Origin: an uncultured delta proteobacterium
GTDB taxonomy: Bacteria; Myxococcota_A; Polyangia; Polyangiales; Polyangiaceae
DNA length: 64,000 bases
Direction of reading: 5' to 3'
NCBI GenBank assembly: GCA_963696385.1
Contig: CAVOKF010000004.1
Coordinates: 672,001 to 736,000 of the forward strand
Part shown: positions 9,904 through 19,825 of the stretch, in pieces
How positions within the stretch are numbered: position 1 is the stretch's first letter
How the letters are laid out: every line of letters starts with the position of its first letter
The notes under the pieces: model-generated
The model's input: only the letters and a program-made list of their open reading frames with translations
Database searches by the model: none
Told to the model about the DNA's origin: nothing
Made by a program: the position numbers and the translations under genes

Positions 9904-11369
9904 AGGGGTTCTCTCGTGTCGGGGTTTCCGGCCCGGCAAAGTGTCGTGCGCGCGGACGCCGCCGCGCAACAGAGCGTGCCAATCACCATCATATAGTAAT
10001 TGCAAAATGCCTGTTTCGCAAATGCAAAGAAAATAGCGAGCACCAACGCAAACGCCGTCGCGAAGCCGGATGGCGTACGAGGAATGCGCACGAGCGCGAT
10101 GAGCGCTGACGGAACCAACACGAAGAAGCTCATCGACAACGGGAACATCGGTGTACCCGCGTGGTGGCTAGCCGACCAAGCCAGGTAGCTCAACGCGTCG
10201 GGGCGAAACGGCTGCTTGCCCTGAAAGGCCACGACGGAGTCGAAGAACGCCCTCGCGTTCCAGAGGACCCAAGGCACGACGATGATCGCCGCGATCAGTA
10301 AAGCCTCCACGACCAGGCGTACGCGTTGCCGGACGCTCGGGCGGTCCTGGAGCATGAACACGAACGGGACAGCGAAGATGGCGTATTGTTTGATACCGAG
10401 GAGCAGGCCCAAGGGGACGGCGATCAACCGAGGCGCGCGGCACGCCACAAAGACGGTCGCGGCGACAAACAGGACGACCTGCGGTTCGGTCCAACCTTGT
10501 TCCAGAACGAACAAGATGCGCGGCGAAAACCAAAAGATCGAGGCAGCCACCGTCGCGAGCCGTCCGGGGCGGGCGTATGCCATGAAAGCGCCGGCGAGGG
10601 CGGTCGAAGCCATATTGCTCAATCGATAATCGCCGAAACGGTCGCCGACCCAGCCAAGGATCAGGCTGAGGGGCGGATACGGGTAGCCGACCAATATGCG
10701 TCCGCCCCGGGCGAGCCCCGCCCCGTACCAATGAGCGGATCCGTAGATATTGGGCATCGTGATGGCATACGGATTGTGGCGTAGCGCCAGCGCTTTGAAG
10801 GCCTCGAAGTGCCACGCGAAAACGTCGATGAAGGGGGGCCGTGACGCTTCCAACGTCCGCCAGGCCAAAGTCAAGTGGATCGCCATCAGGATCGCGGGAA
10901 TGACCCGTTGAGCGGTACGTCCTGCGCAGATGGCGATGCCGACCAGCAGGGCCACCAGTGCGAGGCTGAATTGAACGTCGTGACCGCTCCAAAACGGCGT
11001 CCTCACGTAGATCCCCGGTGGCATTCCCACGAGGAGCGCCGTCTGCAGTGCAACGCCCAGCCCCAAAAGGCCGGCGATGGGGGTCACGCCCGAACGACGC
11101 GTCCTCGCCACGCGCGGGAGCATTGCGGCGGCGACCAAGGCGAAGAGGCCGACCGTCAGGTACTTGAGCGGCTCCGGTCCATACGCGCCGTTATCGAGCT
11201 CGAGCGCGTATCCGATGGAAATGGCCGAACCGCCGCATAGGAGCGGCACGATGAGGCCGTCGAATCGGTCCGACGTGACGACGGCGCGAATCGCACGGGC
11301 CGTCACGGAGTCGCGATGCGCCTCGCCGCCGCCCTCGTGAGCCGGTACGTTGGCGGCCAGGCGGACCAT
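9900..11369 (-). CDS. Polytopic membrane protein, GT87/DUF2029-like glycosyltransferase
   Basis: IDVFAWH...HNPY...GYPYPP, GIKQY, about 12 TM segments. Confidence 0.65.
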   Translation of the reverse strand: MVRLAANVPAHEGGGEAHRDSVTARAIRAVVTSDRFDGLIVPLLCGGSAISIGYALELDNGAYGPEPLKYLTVGLFALVAAAMLPRVARTRRSGVTPIAGLLGLGVALQTALLVGMPPGIYVRTPFWSGHDVQFSLALVALLVGIAICAGRTAQRVIPAILMAIHLTLAWRTLEASRPPFIDVFAWHFEAFKALALRHNPYAITMPNIYGSAHWYGAGLARGGRILVGYPYPPLSLILGWVGDRFGDYRLSNMASTALAGAFMAYARPGRLATVAASIFWFSPRILFVLEQGWTEPQVVLFVAATVFVACRAPRLIAVPLGLLLGIKQYAIFAVPFVFMLQDRPSVRQRVRLVVEALLIAAIIVVPWVLWNARAFFDSVVAFQGKQPFRPDALSYLAWSASHHAGTPMFPLSMSFFVLVPSALIALVRIPRTPSGFATAFALVLAIFFAFAKQAFCNYYMMVIGTLCCAAASARTTLCRAGNPDTREPL

Positions 11370-11527
11370 TCGCTTCAGCACGCGCTCTAGCTGGCTCGAG
11401 GATGGCGCGTCAAGGGCGTGTGGCCGACGTGATGGGCACTCGAGCCGGCTCCGTCATCGATCGATCATGGTATGACGACGGCCGGTTTTTCAGGTGAAAG
11501 GCGGACGGCGGGCTCGAGCGGGACCCC

Positions 11528-12691
11528 CTACGGCCCATCGGTCGGCGGATGCACCCATTCGAGGTTTCCTTCGAGTCGTCTGCTCACCCATACGTGGTCG
11601 TGTGCGTCGACGATGACGGCGCCCACGCCGTCGAGCGATTCGACGAGCGCAAGGCCACGTTCCGGCCCGAGAATGAACACGGCGTCGTCGATTTCGTCGG
11701 CCAAAAGCGCCGTCGGCGCCCAGATCGTGACGCTCCGCGATGCGGTCGCGGGATAGCCGGTGTGCGGGTCGATGATATGGTGATAACGCTTGCCGCCGAC
11801 CGTATACGTGCGTTCGTAGTCGCCCGCCGTGCTGAACGCGTGATCGCTCACCGGCATCACGGCGAAGTAGTCCCCATCGGGTCCCCTCGGGTCGCGGATG
11901 CCCGCGTTCCACGCCGCCCCATCGGGCTTTTTGCCGCGTGTGTACAGATCGCCCCCCGCTTGCACGTAAAATGACGTCAGCCCGCCGTCCGACAAGACCT
12001 TGGACGCATGGTCCACGGCATAGCCCTTCGCGATCCCGCCCAGGCCGATCCGAACGTGCGCTTCGTCGAGGTAGACGGTATGCGTGGGGGCGTCGACCTT
12101 GACGTGCCGATACCCCACGTACTGGAGCCGCTCGCGGACTTGCTCGGGCGTTGGAGGGTGCGGGTCGAGATCCTGGTCGAATTTCCAGAGGCCGTGAAGT
12201 GTCTCGAACGTAATGTCGAATGCGCCTTGGCTCATCTCGCTGTCGCGCAGCGACTCGGCAACGACGTCGAACGTCTCCTGGCTCACCGCGACCGGATGCC
12301 TCCCGGCCGCGGCGTTGATGCGCGATACTTCGCTCTTGGGGTCCCAGGTCGTCATCAGCCTCTCGAGCCGTACGATCTCCGCCGTGGCCTCGTCGAACAG
12401 CGCGCGCGTGCGGCTCTCTCCGACCGTGGACGTCGTGTACGCGGCATAGGCGAGGTGGGTGCCCATCGCGCTGCCGCTGCCCGTCACTTTCGTCGCCGAG
12501 AACGAGGGGACGGGGCCGCCCCCCTGGTTTCTAGCCGAGGGCGCGAGCTCGCCTGCCGATTTCGCGGCCGATGACGACGAACGGGAGTCGACCGGTGTCG
12601 CCGAGGCCCCCGATCGCTCCGATGTCGAGTTGCGACAGGAGAACACGAGACCCGCCGCGATGAGCCAGGCGCGGGTCCAGAGCGACTTCAT
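11528..12691 (-). CDS. apbE: FAD:protein FMN transferase, lipoprotein
   Basis: Lipobox VFSC, AMGT, GAFDIT, LGGIAKGYAVD, AGGDL, STAGDYER, YHHIIDP. Confidence 0.93.
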   Translation of the reverse strand: MKSLWTRAWLIAAGLVFSCRNSTSERSGASATPVDSRSSSSAAKSAGELAPSARNQGGGPVPSFSATKVTGSGSAMGTHLAYAAYTTSTVGESRTRALFDEATAEIVRLERLMTTWDPKSEVSRINAAAGRHPVAVSQETFDVVAESLRDSEMSQGAFDITFETLHGLWKFDQDLDPHPPTPEQVRERLQYVGYRHVKVDAPTHTVYLDEAHVRIGLGGIAKGYAVDHASKVLSDGGLTSFYVQAGGDLYTRGKKPDGAAWNAGIRDPRGPDGDYFAVMPVSDHAFSTAGDYERTYTVGGKRYHHIIDPHTGYPATASRSVTIWAPTALLADEIDDAVFILGPERGLALVESLDGVGAVIVDAHDHVWVSRRLEGNLEWVHPPTDGP

Positions 12692-12808
12692 CGGTTTCCG
12701 CAGAGCCTAGCGCATTCGCCCATCGACGACGGCGCTCGGGCTCCTCCGATGGCCCGGGCTTCTGGCATTTGACGAACCCTCGAGTCGTGGGCAACTCTCT
12801 TCCGGATC

Positions 12809-13988
12809 ATGCCCCTTGCGCCTGAACTCGCTGCCGCGATCGATCGCGCCGTCGACGAATCTTCGGAGGACCTCGTCGCGCTTGCGCGGCGCATCCACGC
12901 TCACCCCGAGCTCCGCTTCGAGGAGCACAAAGCGAGCTCGTGGCTCAGCGAGTTCATGGCCGCCAGGGGCCACCGGGTCGAGCACGGCGTTGGCGGAATG
13001 GCCACCGCGCTGCGATCCCGCGCTGGAAAGCGGGGAGGTCCTTGCGCCGCCATCCTGGCGGAGTACGACGCGCTGCCCGGGGTCGGTCACGCGTGCGGCC
13101 ACAACCTGATCGCGGCCGGCGCCGTCGGGGCCTTCGTCGCGGCGGCGGCCGTGGCCGAGTCGGCCGGCGGCGAGATCGTTCTCTTGGGCACTCCCGCGGA
13201 GGAGGGGGGAGGCGGCAAAATCGAGATGATTAAGGCGGGCGTCTTCGACGGCGTCGATGCCGCCATGATGTTTCATCCCTTCGATCGCGATCTCGATCGC
13301 CCACCCGACCCTCGCGTCGCTCTGGCTCACCTTCGAGTTCCACGGGCACCCCTCGCACGCCGCGCTCGCACCGCACGACGGGCGAAGCGCTCTCACCGCG
13401 TGCCTCGACACATTCAGGTTGATCGACGGGCAGCGGCTCCACTTTCGCGACGGGGTGCGCGTGCACGGGTACGTGACCGACGGCGGCCAGGCGGTCAATA
13501 TCGTCCCCGAGCATGCGGCGTGCGAGTTCAGCGTGCGGGCGCGCGACGGGGTCGAGCTCGAACGCGTGCGCGGGATCGTCGAACGTTGCGCGAGAGGGGC
13601 CGCAACCGCCAGCGACGTGCGGGTGACGGTGAGCACGCGTCAAGGCTACCGCGACATGGTCAACAACCTGGCGCTCGCTCGCAGGTTCGGCGCCCATCTG
13701 GAGGCCCTTGGACGGCGGCCGCGCGAGCGTGATGATCGAATCGGCACGGGCAGCACGGACATGGGAGATGTCTCGCACGTGGTGCCCTCGATTCATCCAT
13801 GGTTGGCTATCGTCGACGAAGGTGCGGCCCTCTGCCATGAGCACAGCTTTGCGCAAGCCGCGGCGAGCGAGATGGGATGCGCCACGGCGATCGTCGCGGC
13901 GAAAGCGTTGGCGCGGACGGCAGTCGAGTTCCTGATGGAATCCGAGATGCGTGATGCGGTTATTGAGGAGTGGGATCGAGCACGCTGA
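12809..13988 (+). CDS. M20 amidohydrolase (AbgB/Acy1L2-like), split by a +1 frameshift near 13293
   Basis: HAHPELRFEE, AEYDALPGVGHACGHNLI, GTPAEEGGGG in one frame; FHGHPSHAA...GSTDMGDVS...CH in the next. Removing one base in GATCTCGATC joins them. Confidence 0.85.
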
Positions 13989-14478
13989 CGTCGATCCGGT
14001 GTCTCGCGGCCTGGTTGACCATCAAACTCACGAGGTCCGCCGCCCGCGCAACTTCGGGAAGTCGCTCGAAGGTTCCGTCCCAGAGCTCGAGGCCGATGCG
14101 ATCCCGGTCGACGACGACCCGAAGCACTTGGGGCCACCCCCAGCGGCGAGCGCGAGGAACACCGAGCGGCAACAAGGCTCGCACTTCGAGCCATTCTTCG
14201 CTGACGATCACTCCGCGCATCTGTGTGCGCAGCACGGTGGCGACGGCGCTCAGTACGATGATGGCCGCGAGGATGCTCGCCGGAACAGGTCGCCCTCGGT
14301 CGCCTTCGACGACCCACACGAATACGCGCGAGCTCGACGGCGCGTATCCGTACGCGTAAGAGACGACGGCGCCGAGCGCCAGTGCTCCGGCGAGGTACAA
14401 GGCCGACGGGATGCGCATCCGAAGGGGGGGCCCGAACTTGGATCGGCTCCGCGGATGGGCCGGCGGCGAGTACGTCAT
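13960..14478 (-). CDS. Hypothetical membrane protein (2 TM plus PH-like C-terminus)
   Basis: Two hydrophobic helices then RGVIV...LEVR...W.QV pattern; start uncertain (could extend to 14622). Confidence 0.55.
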   Translation of the reverse strand: MTYSPPAHPRSRSKFGPPLRMRIPSALYLAGALALGAVVSYAYGYAPSSSRVFVWVVEGDRGRPVPASILAAIIVLSAVATVLRTQMRGVIVSEEWLEVRALLPLGVPRARRWGWPQVLRVVVDRDRIGLELWDGTFERLPEVARAADLVSLMVNQAARHRIDVSVLDPTPQ

Positions 14479-14660
14479 GTCGAAGCGAGCGACCGAACCA
14501 TTCACGTCGGTTACGCTGAGGCGGTCGCCCTCGCTCTCCGCGACGCCCGTCGGCACGGGCTCGCTCGGCGGCGGTGAAGCGGAGCTCAACGTACGGCACC
14601 CATCCCTGAGCGTAGTTTGCACGCGCTTCAGCGGGCGGGCCAGGGTTTACAAGGCGCCCC

Positions 14661-16007
14661 TCATCCGGATCGGCCCATCGGATTGCCCCCGCTGCGTCTG
14701 GCTTGTCCGTTGCGACGGTATTCGCGTAGGCTAGCCATCTCGCTCTTGCTGGGGTTGATGACGACGAGGCCGTGGTCGCCATCCAGGATCGCAACGTCGC
14801 CGTCGGATGCCCAACGAAACAGGCCTTGCACGTCGACGACGGCGGGCACTCCCATCAGTTTGAGCAGGGTTCGCGTCCTGGGCCCCGACGCGCGCTCGGT
14901 GAGCGCGATGCCGGCGGGCTGCGAGCGTGCGGCGACCAACAGATCGAAGACCGTGAGGCTATCGCCAAGAAGGATGGGTTTGCTCGGGACCGTTTGGCGC
15001 CTCTCGGCGCCGGTCAGAACGGTCAGCGCGTCGCACAAATCCTCGACATCGCGAGCGCGCTCTTCGAGATACGGGTCGCGCGTCAACGACGCCGCGGTGC
15101 GCGTGACGTCGCGCGCCACCTTGGAGAGCGCCTGTGCGACGCCGACGCCGCTTCCGGTGAGCTCCGTGACGCGCTCGCGAAAGCGCGCGTCCTCGAGAAT
15201 CTCGGCGTAGGTGCCCAAGAACTGCGACTCACTTCCGAGGCCGAGGGTGCGGGCCCGCTCGCGGAGTCCGCGGATGGCCTTGTCGACCGTATCGAACGCG
15301 CCACGGAGCAGCCGCACGTCGGCCGGCGCGTCCCGCTCCGTCGCGCGGTCGCCCGGCCGCGCCGAGGGTCGTCGCAGTGCGGCGACGGCCCCGAGCGCGC
15401 GTCCAACCATGGCGGGCCGTCCTGTCAGCGTCACCTTGCGGGTGCCGCCGGCCGTCCTGCGCGCGCGCTTTTCGCGGGCCTCGTCCACGAGCTCGGCGTG
15501 CCGAATGCCGGCGGCGATGAGTCCACCGATCACCGTGAGCAGTTCGACGTCTGGGTCGGTGAAAGGCGCACCGCGTCTCTGAACGACGAGCGCCCCGAGT
15601 GGGCCGACGATGCCGCGTACGGGCACGACCAGGAACACGGGGAAGCGTTCCTCGCGAAGCTCGGCGAAATGCTTGTACGCGGCGTGTTGCTCGGCCGTAT
15701 CAATCGAAATCGGGCGCATGTACTCGAGCGCTTCGCCGGTGATTCCTTCGCCGACACGCAATCGCACCTGTCCGATCGCGTCGTTGGTGAACCCGACGTT
15801 GCCGCGCATGACGAGCTCGCTCTTGTCTCCCTCGACGACGTAAAGCGAGCAAACGTCTGCCTCCAGCAGTGACGCGATGCGGCGCGGCGCCTCGTCGAGC
15901 AGGGTCAGCAGCGGCATCGGGCGCGCCGCGAACGCCACGAAGTCGAGCACTCCGTCGAGACGCCTGTTGCCGGGTGAGTGCACTCGCGGGCGCACACTGC
16001 GAACCAT
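14661..16007 (-). CDS. GAF-domain PtsP (EI-Ntr)-like protein lacking the C-terminal PEP-binding domain
   Basis: GAF (DVCSLY...GEGITG...YKHF), HPr-binding helical region (DPYLEERARDVEDL), swivel-like region (GVPAVV...ILDGDHG); ends at 448 aa. Confidence 0.8.
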   Translation of the reverse strand: MVRSVRPRVHSPGNRRLDGVLDFVAFAARPMPLLTLLDEAPRRIASLLEADVCSLYVVEGDKSELVMRGNVGFTNDAIGQVRLRVGEGITGEALEYMRPISIDTAEQHAAYKHFAELREERFPVFLVVPVRGIVGPLGALVVQRRGAPFTDPDVELLTVIGGLIAAGIRHAELVDEAREKRARRTAGGTRKVTLTGRPAMVGRALGAVAALRRPSARPGDRATERDAPADVRLLRGAFDTVDKAIRGLRERARTLGLGSESQFLGTYAEILEDARFRERVTELTGSGVGVAQALSKVARDVTRTAASLTRDPYLEERARDVEDLCDALTVLTGAERRQTVPSKPILLGDSLTVFDLLVAARSQPAGIALTERASGPRTRTLLKLMGVPAVVDVQGLFRWASDGDVAILDGDHGLVVINPSKSEMASLREYRRNGQARRSGGNPMGRSG

Positions 16008-16117
16008 CCAACGAATTATGGCCGGGTACGCGGGTCTGCGTCCATGCCATCCGTGCGGCGGACGCCCGCCGCGGTCTTTTGCAGGGTGCCGGTGATTGGA
16101 TTAGCGTCAGGCGGATC

Positions 16118-16573
16118 ATGAGCTCAGCGGCCACCCCACCCCATCCGCTCAAACTCCGCTTCCCATCGGCGGAATGGTGCGTCGCCTACAAGGACGCGAT
16201 CAACGCGAACAACAGCTACAAAACGGCGGCGAAGGAGTGGACGTACGGGCCCGTCGCTTATGTCGTCACCGCCGAGCCGGCAATCGGCATCCCTGACGAC
16301 ATGGCCATGTGGCTCGACTTGAACCAGGGCGAATGCAGAAGTTGCCGGCTGGTGAGTCGACAGGAGGCCGACTCCGCGTCGTTCGTCATCGTCGCCTCCT
16401 ATGCCCGATGGAAGGAGGTCATTCGCAAGCAACTCGATCCGACCAAGGGGATGATGCAAAACAAGTTGAAGCTCACGAAGGGACACATGCCGACCATCGT
16501 GAAGTTCGTTACCTCGAACAAAGAGCTTGTCGAGTCGACCACGCGCGTGCCGACGCAGTTCGTCGACGAGTGA
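16118..16573 (+). CDS. SCP2 sterol/lipid-binding domain protein
   Basis: FPSAEW...Y..AIN, LDPTKGMMQNKLKLTKG. Confidence 0.8.
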   Translation: MSSAATPPHPLKLRFPSAEWCVAYKDAINANNSYKTAAKEWTYGPVAYVVTAEPAIGIPDDMAMWLDLNQGECRSCRLVSRQEADSASFVIVASYARWKEVIRKQLDPTKGMMQNKLKLTKGHMPTIVKFVTSNKELVESTTRVPTQFVDE

Positions 16574-16623
16574 TCGAACGTCGAACTTGACCAAAGCGAC
16601 CGAGTTCTTCGATCATCGCAATC

Positions 16624-17349
16624 GTGAATTCAAAGTTGGCGCCTCCGGTCATCCTGGTCGCCGATGACGAGCCGACGATGCTCGAGCTCGTCGCCCGTCA
16701 TCTGCGATCCATCGTGCAACCGAAGATGGAGGTCATCGAGGCCTCCGACGGCGACGAGGCGTGGCGTCTCGCGCGAGAGCGCCTTCCCGATCTCGTCGTG
16801 CTCGACGTCATGATGCCTGGGATGAGCGGGTGGGAGGTCTGTCGGAAGATCCGTCAAGACGCCGCACTCGCACACACCGGCGTGCTGATGTTGACCGGGA
16901 TCGGCGAAACGTTGAACGAGGCGACCAGTCCGTTGTTCGGCGCGGACGAGTTCATCGACAAGCCGTTCGACTTCGAGAGGCTCGACGAGAAGGTGATGAG
17001 CGTTCTCGATCGTCGGGCCTCGCAGCGCGACGCCGTCCCGCGGTCGTTGTCGGATGCCGATGATCACCGGATCGGTACGCGCCCTGCGGCCGACGGCAAC
17101 GGCATCGGCGGTCCCGCGTGGCCCGCGCGGCCCCGTCCTCTAAAGGGTCACGCCGAAGCAAGACAGGGTTTGGCGTCCAGTAGGTCGGCGAAGCGGACCA
17201 GAAATCCAACGAAAGCCCCGAAAGGAGAGAAGAGCATGGCTGCGAAGAAGAGTGCAAAGAAGTCGGCCAAGAAAACGGCCAAGAAAACGGCAAAGAAGAC
17301 GGCCAAGAAGGCCGCCAAGAAAGTCGCAAAGAAGGGCAAAAAGAAGTAG
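16624..17349 (+). CDS. Response regulator receiver with Lys/Ala-rich C-terminal tail
   Basis: ILVADDE, DLVVLDVMMPGMSG, MLTG, GADEFIDKPF; ends in (AKKx)n. Confidence 0.85.
   Translation: MNSKLAPPVILVADDEPTMLELVARHLRSIVQPKMEVIEASDGDEAWRLARERLPDLVVLDVMMPGMSGWEVCRKIRQDAALAHTGVLMLTGIGETLNEATSPLFGADEFIDKPFDFERLDEKVMSVLDRRASQRDAVPRSLSDADDHRIGTRPAADGNGIGGPAWPARPRPLKGHAEARQGLASSRSAKRTRNPTKAPKGEKSMAAKKSAKKSAKKTAKKTAKKTAKKAAKKVAKKGKKK
17236..17349 (+). CDS. Putative 37-aa histone-H1-like basic peptide (in-frame internal start)
   Basis: AAAGGAG Shine-Dalgarno at 17221-17227, ATG at 17236, MAAKKSAKKSAKKTAKKTAKKTAKKAAKKVAKKGKKK (12-nt period repeat). Confidence 0.6.
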   Translation: MAAKKSAKKSAKKTAKKTAKKTAKKAAKKVAKKGKKK

Positions 17350-17385
17350 CGCCCGCCCTCCCGTGAGCGGTAGGCGGCCCTGCCC

Positions 17386-18309
17386 TCAAAGAGGGAGGGG
17401 AAACGCCTGTCGAAAGGCTCGCACCGTCTCGAGCTCGTCGTGGCCATGGAAGAAGCCCGTGTGCTCGCGAAATGCGCGCGCGTCGACGACAACCGGATAC
17501 TTCAGATGGGAGAGCGCGCCGATCGCCAGTTTCGGCAGTCCGAAGCGGCCTCGCCACGCCGTGGCCAAAAACTCCGGCAGCGCAACCGGCACCCGGCCGG
17601 CCTCCCGTACGAGGCTCGACAGCGGCAGGGCTTGCGGCCCTGCGACGTTGAATACTCCGCGTGGGCGTTTTGCGAGCGTCAGCGCAATCGCGTCGATGAA
17701 GTCGTCTTCGTGCAGGAACTGGAAGAGCGGGTCGAATCCGAAGACCAGCGGCACACGCCGCCCTGCGAGGAACGCCGCGAGCGTTCCATGGCCCGTGGGG
17801 CCGAGCGTGTAGCAAACCCGCAGTACCGTCGTCGTGACTTCTGGGAATCGCCAGAGGGCCATCGCCGCGTAAAGATCCGCTGCGACCAGGTCGGCCAGCT
17901 CGGGAAAGCGGTCGAGCTCCAACGGGGGCTCGTCCTCCGTATGAAACAGGGGCAAGTCGGGGCCTGCGCCGTAGAAGGTGTGCCGGCCGACGAACACGCA
18001 GTGTTCGACTCCGAAAGCTTGCGCGTGTTCGAAGACTGCACGCGTACCGCCGACGTTGATCTGCGATCGGTGCTCCTCCCCCGGAACCGCCAACGACGTG
18101 ACGGTGGCCATGTGCACGACCGCCTGCGGACGCCTTTTGCGGAAAACTTCCTCCGCAGCGCGCTTGCGCACGTCGACCTGGTAAAACTCGATGGGCGCCT
18201 CCGACCACGGACGACGATCGATGCCGATGACCTCGTGGCCTTCGCGAGTGAGACGCAGGGAGAGCTTTCGCCCCATCGCTCCTGCGGCGCCGGGGATGAG
18301 CACTTTCAC
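17386..18309 (-). CDS. NAD-dependent epimerase/dehydratase (extended SDR)
   Basis: VLIPGAAGAMG, INVGGT, GFDPLFQFLHEDD, GVFNVAG. Confidence 0.85.
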   Translation of the reverse strand: MKVLIPGAAGAMGRKLSLRLTREGHEVIGIDRRPWSEAPIEFYQVDVRKRAAEEVFRKRRPQAVVHMATVTSLAVPGEEHRSQINVGGTRAVFEHAQAFGVEHCVFVGRHTFYGAGPDLPLFHTEDEPPLELDRFPELADLVAADLYAAMALWRFPEVTTTVLRVCYTLGPTGHGTLAAFLAGRRVPLVFGFDPLFQFLHEDDFIDAIALTLAKRPRGVFNVAGPQALPLSSLVREAGRVPVALPEFLATAWRGRFGLPKLAIGALSHLKYPVVVDARAFREHTGFFHGHDELETVRAFRQAFPLPL

Positions 18310-19121
18310 GCCGACTCCCCAACGGGTTCGCCCCGCCGCCGCCGCGCCCCTCTGTCGAGCATCTCGAAAATAATCGATTTGACTTGGTCGACGTAGCCGG
18401 CAACCACGGCGTCGTCCTCGTTGCCCGTACCCTTGAAGTGAAGGGGAGCGCCGAATTCAATTTCCACCTTTACCGGAAGCGCGATAGGCAGTCCGTACGG
18501 CACGATCGGGACATACGGGATTCCTAGGACGCGCCCGAGCCGGTACGCGTTGGCGACGGTCGGAAACGCTTCGCTGGCGCCGAGCACCACGAACGGGACG
18601 ATCGGCGCCCGCGTCTTGAGTGCGAGGCGCACGAACCCAGACCCGAAGTGCACCAGGGAGTATCGATCGCGAAACAGTTTGGCCGTTCCGCGTGACCCTT
18701 CCGGGAAGACGAGCAAGAGGCGATCGTCGTTCAACAGGCGCTCGGCGTGCTCCGGCGATCCCGTGAATTGTCCCGTACGGCTCGCCCAAAGACTTGCGAC
18801 AGGAAAGCGGTTCACGAACCGCTCGACCATGCCCTGCGCGAGTCGTGGCGGGTCCGCCTCGAGAAGGCAGCAAGCGATGACCATCGCTGCGTCGATCGGA
18901 ATCCCGCCCGAGTGATTGCCGACCAACATCGCTCGGCCTCGTGGCGGGACGTGCTCGATGCCGCGCGCGCGAACCGAGAAGTAGTACCGGTAGGCGATCG
19001 CCAGCACCGTGAAAAATCGCCCAAGGTACCTTTTCGAGATGCCGTACGGATCGAGGCCGAGGGCGTTGAACGGAAGCTCGAGACGCTCGATGGCTTCGTG
19101 GACCTGGGATTCGATGCGCAA
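18306..19121 (-). CDS. Lysophospholipid acyltransferase (PlsC family)
   Basis: VGNHSGGIPID (HxxxxxD), VFPEG motifs. Confidence 0.88.
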   Translation of the reverse strand: MRIESQVHEAIERLELPFNALGLDPYGISKRYLGRFFTVLAIAYRYYFSVRARGIEHVPPRGRAMLVGNHSGGIPIDAAMVIACCLLEADPPRLAQGMVERFVNRFPVASLWASRTGQFTGSPEHAERLLNDDRLLLVFPEGSRGTAKLFRDRYSLVHFGSGFVRLALKTRAPIVPFVVLGASEAFPTVANAYRLGRVLGIPYVPIVPYGLPIALPVKVEIEFGAPLHFKGTGNEDDAVVAGYVDQVKSIIFEMLDRGARRRRGEPVGESA

Positions 19122-19183
19122 GGCCGCGAGAGCATCCGGCCGCGCGCGCTCGCGCGCAAGCCGTCCGCCGAAGAGCCGGCGCC

Positions 19184-19825
19184 TTACGCCGCCCTTCCGA
19201 GGCGAAGCTTGTCCTCCTGTCCGACGTGGAAGAAGCGTCGGAGCTCGGAACGCAACTCACCGAAGCGTGCCGGAGCCAGGAAATCGCGTTCCAGCCGGCG
19301 AACGAAGCGATTCGCCGCATCGTTCGCCACCCGATATCGTTCGCCGAGCTCGGTGTGAGCCCCGTGCGTGAACGCGACCCGCTCATACAGGCGGGCGCGC
19401 AACCGGGCGCTTTGGGGGGCACCAAAGCCTTGCATCCAGGCCGCCAGGACCACCCACTTGTCGACCTCCGCCTGAATCTCGAGTTCGAGCTGCGTGGCTT
19501 CGCGGCGGATGCGTGCTCGCTCGACCACGTAGACGAAGTGACTGACTCCTTCGATGATCTGGCACAGCGTGTCGAGCTCGGCTTCTCCTTCGAGAAGCGG
19601 CAAACGCAGGCTTACCTCCAGCGATCCGTCCGCGGATTCGCGCAGCAGCAGCGCTTCGCGCTCACGGGCCTCGCTGCCTTCGGCGGAATCGGCAACGAAA
19701 TCCACGACGTCGGCAACTCGATCCAGCCGATACACACGCTCGAGCGCGACTTGCACGCGCGATGCAAGCGCCAATTCGCGAACGAGGGCGGCCCCATTGC
19801 CGGCGAGCCGCTCGGCGCCATTCAC
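19184..19825 (-). CDS. Hypothetical protein (EGVSHF / LELEIQAEVDK motifs)
   Basis: GTG start overlaps upstream TGA; codon usage fits the genome. Confidence 0.7.
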   Translation of the reverse strand: MNGAERLAGNGAALVRELALASRVQVALERVYRLDRVADVVDFVADSAEGSEAREREALLLRESADGSLEVSLRLPLLEGEAELDTLCQIIEGVSHFVYVVERARIRREATQLELEIQAEVDKWVVLAAWMQGFGAPQSARLRARLYERVAFTHGAHTELGERYRVANDAANRFVRRLERDFLAPARFGELRSELRRFFHVGQEDKLRLGRAA

